Positions 63,581 through 64,000 of a stretch of DNA of 64,000 nt are shown here, in pieces. This stretch comes from Octopus sinensis (Eukaryota). The DNA lies in the NCBI RefSeq assembly GCF_006345805.1, contig NC_043000.1, forward strand, positions 126,108,001 to 126,172,000. Reading direction: 5' to 3'. The notes under the pieces are model-generated. The model had not been told where the DNA came from, did not search any database, and worked only from the letters and a program-made list of their open reading frames with translations. Each line of letters opens with the position of its first letter. The first letter of the stretch is position 1. The position numbers were made by a program, and so were the translations under genes.

Positions 63581-63769
63581 ACTCTTTTACTTGTTTCAGT
63601 CATTTGACTGCGGCCATGCTGGAGCACCGCCTTTAATCGAGCAACTCGACCCCGGGACTTATTCTTTTGTAAGCCCAGTACTTATTCTATCGGTCTCTTT
63701 TGCCGAACCGCTAAGTGATGGGGACGTAAACACACCAGCATCGGTTGTGAAGCAATGCTAGGGGGACAA

Positions 63770-63826
<57 letters not shown>

Positions 63827-63991
63827 TACGACGGGCTTCTTTCAGTTTCCGTCTACCAAATCCACTCACAAGGCTTTGGTCGGCCCGAGGCTATAGTAGA
63901 AGACACTTGCCCAAGGTGCCACGCAGTGGGACTGAACCCGGAACCATGTGGCTGGTAAACAAGCTACTTACCACACAGCTACTCCTGCGCC
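63581..63991 (-). mobile_element. young full-length major CORE-like SINE
   Basis: On minus: head GGCGCAGGAGTAGCTGTGTGGTAAG...GGGTTCAGTCCC, core GGCACCTTGGGCAAGTGTCTT, internal (TA)(TG) tract, tail (AAAAGAGT). Confidence 0.85.
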
Positions 63992-64000
63992 TATATATAT

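Overview
AT-rich, repeat-dense animal genomic DNA. The SINE/RTE/microsatellite landscape looks like Octopus (coleoid cephalopod); this is my recognition, not verified. Two convergent genes are supported. (1) Plus strand: the last two coding exons of a C-terminal CAP-Gly protein, best fit KIF13B/Khc-73 (5509-5721, 6626-6978). They are joined by a GC-AG intron and followed by a probable ~6 kb TE-poor 3'UTR. (2) Minus strand: an unidentified multi-exon gene absent from the ORF track, with candidate exons at 39771-39876, 27365-27521, a 25-nt microexon at 21060-21084, 18204-18274 and 15264-15413. The rest is intronic/intergenic and filled with tRNA-headed SINEs, 5'-truncated RTE LINE ends with (GAT)n tails, CR1, R4/Dong-like, mariner, Penelope-like and Helitron elements, and MITEs. 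Highlights: a full-length U6 fused to an RTE 3' end; a Penelope-like element with a hammerhead ribozyme and a split GIY-YIG; a Helitron nested in a foldback whose other arm preserves the empty site; an RLE retroelement inside a (TACA)n tract; and many local inverted duplications. Almost all ORFs in the supplied track are repeat or microsatellite artefacts. All alignments were done by eye and repeat boundaries are approximate.
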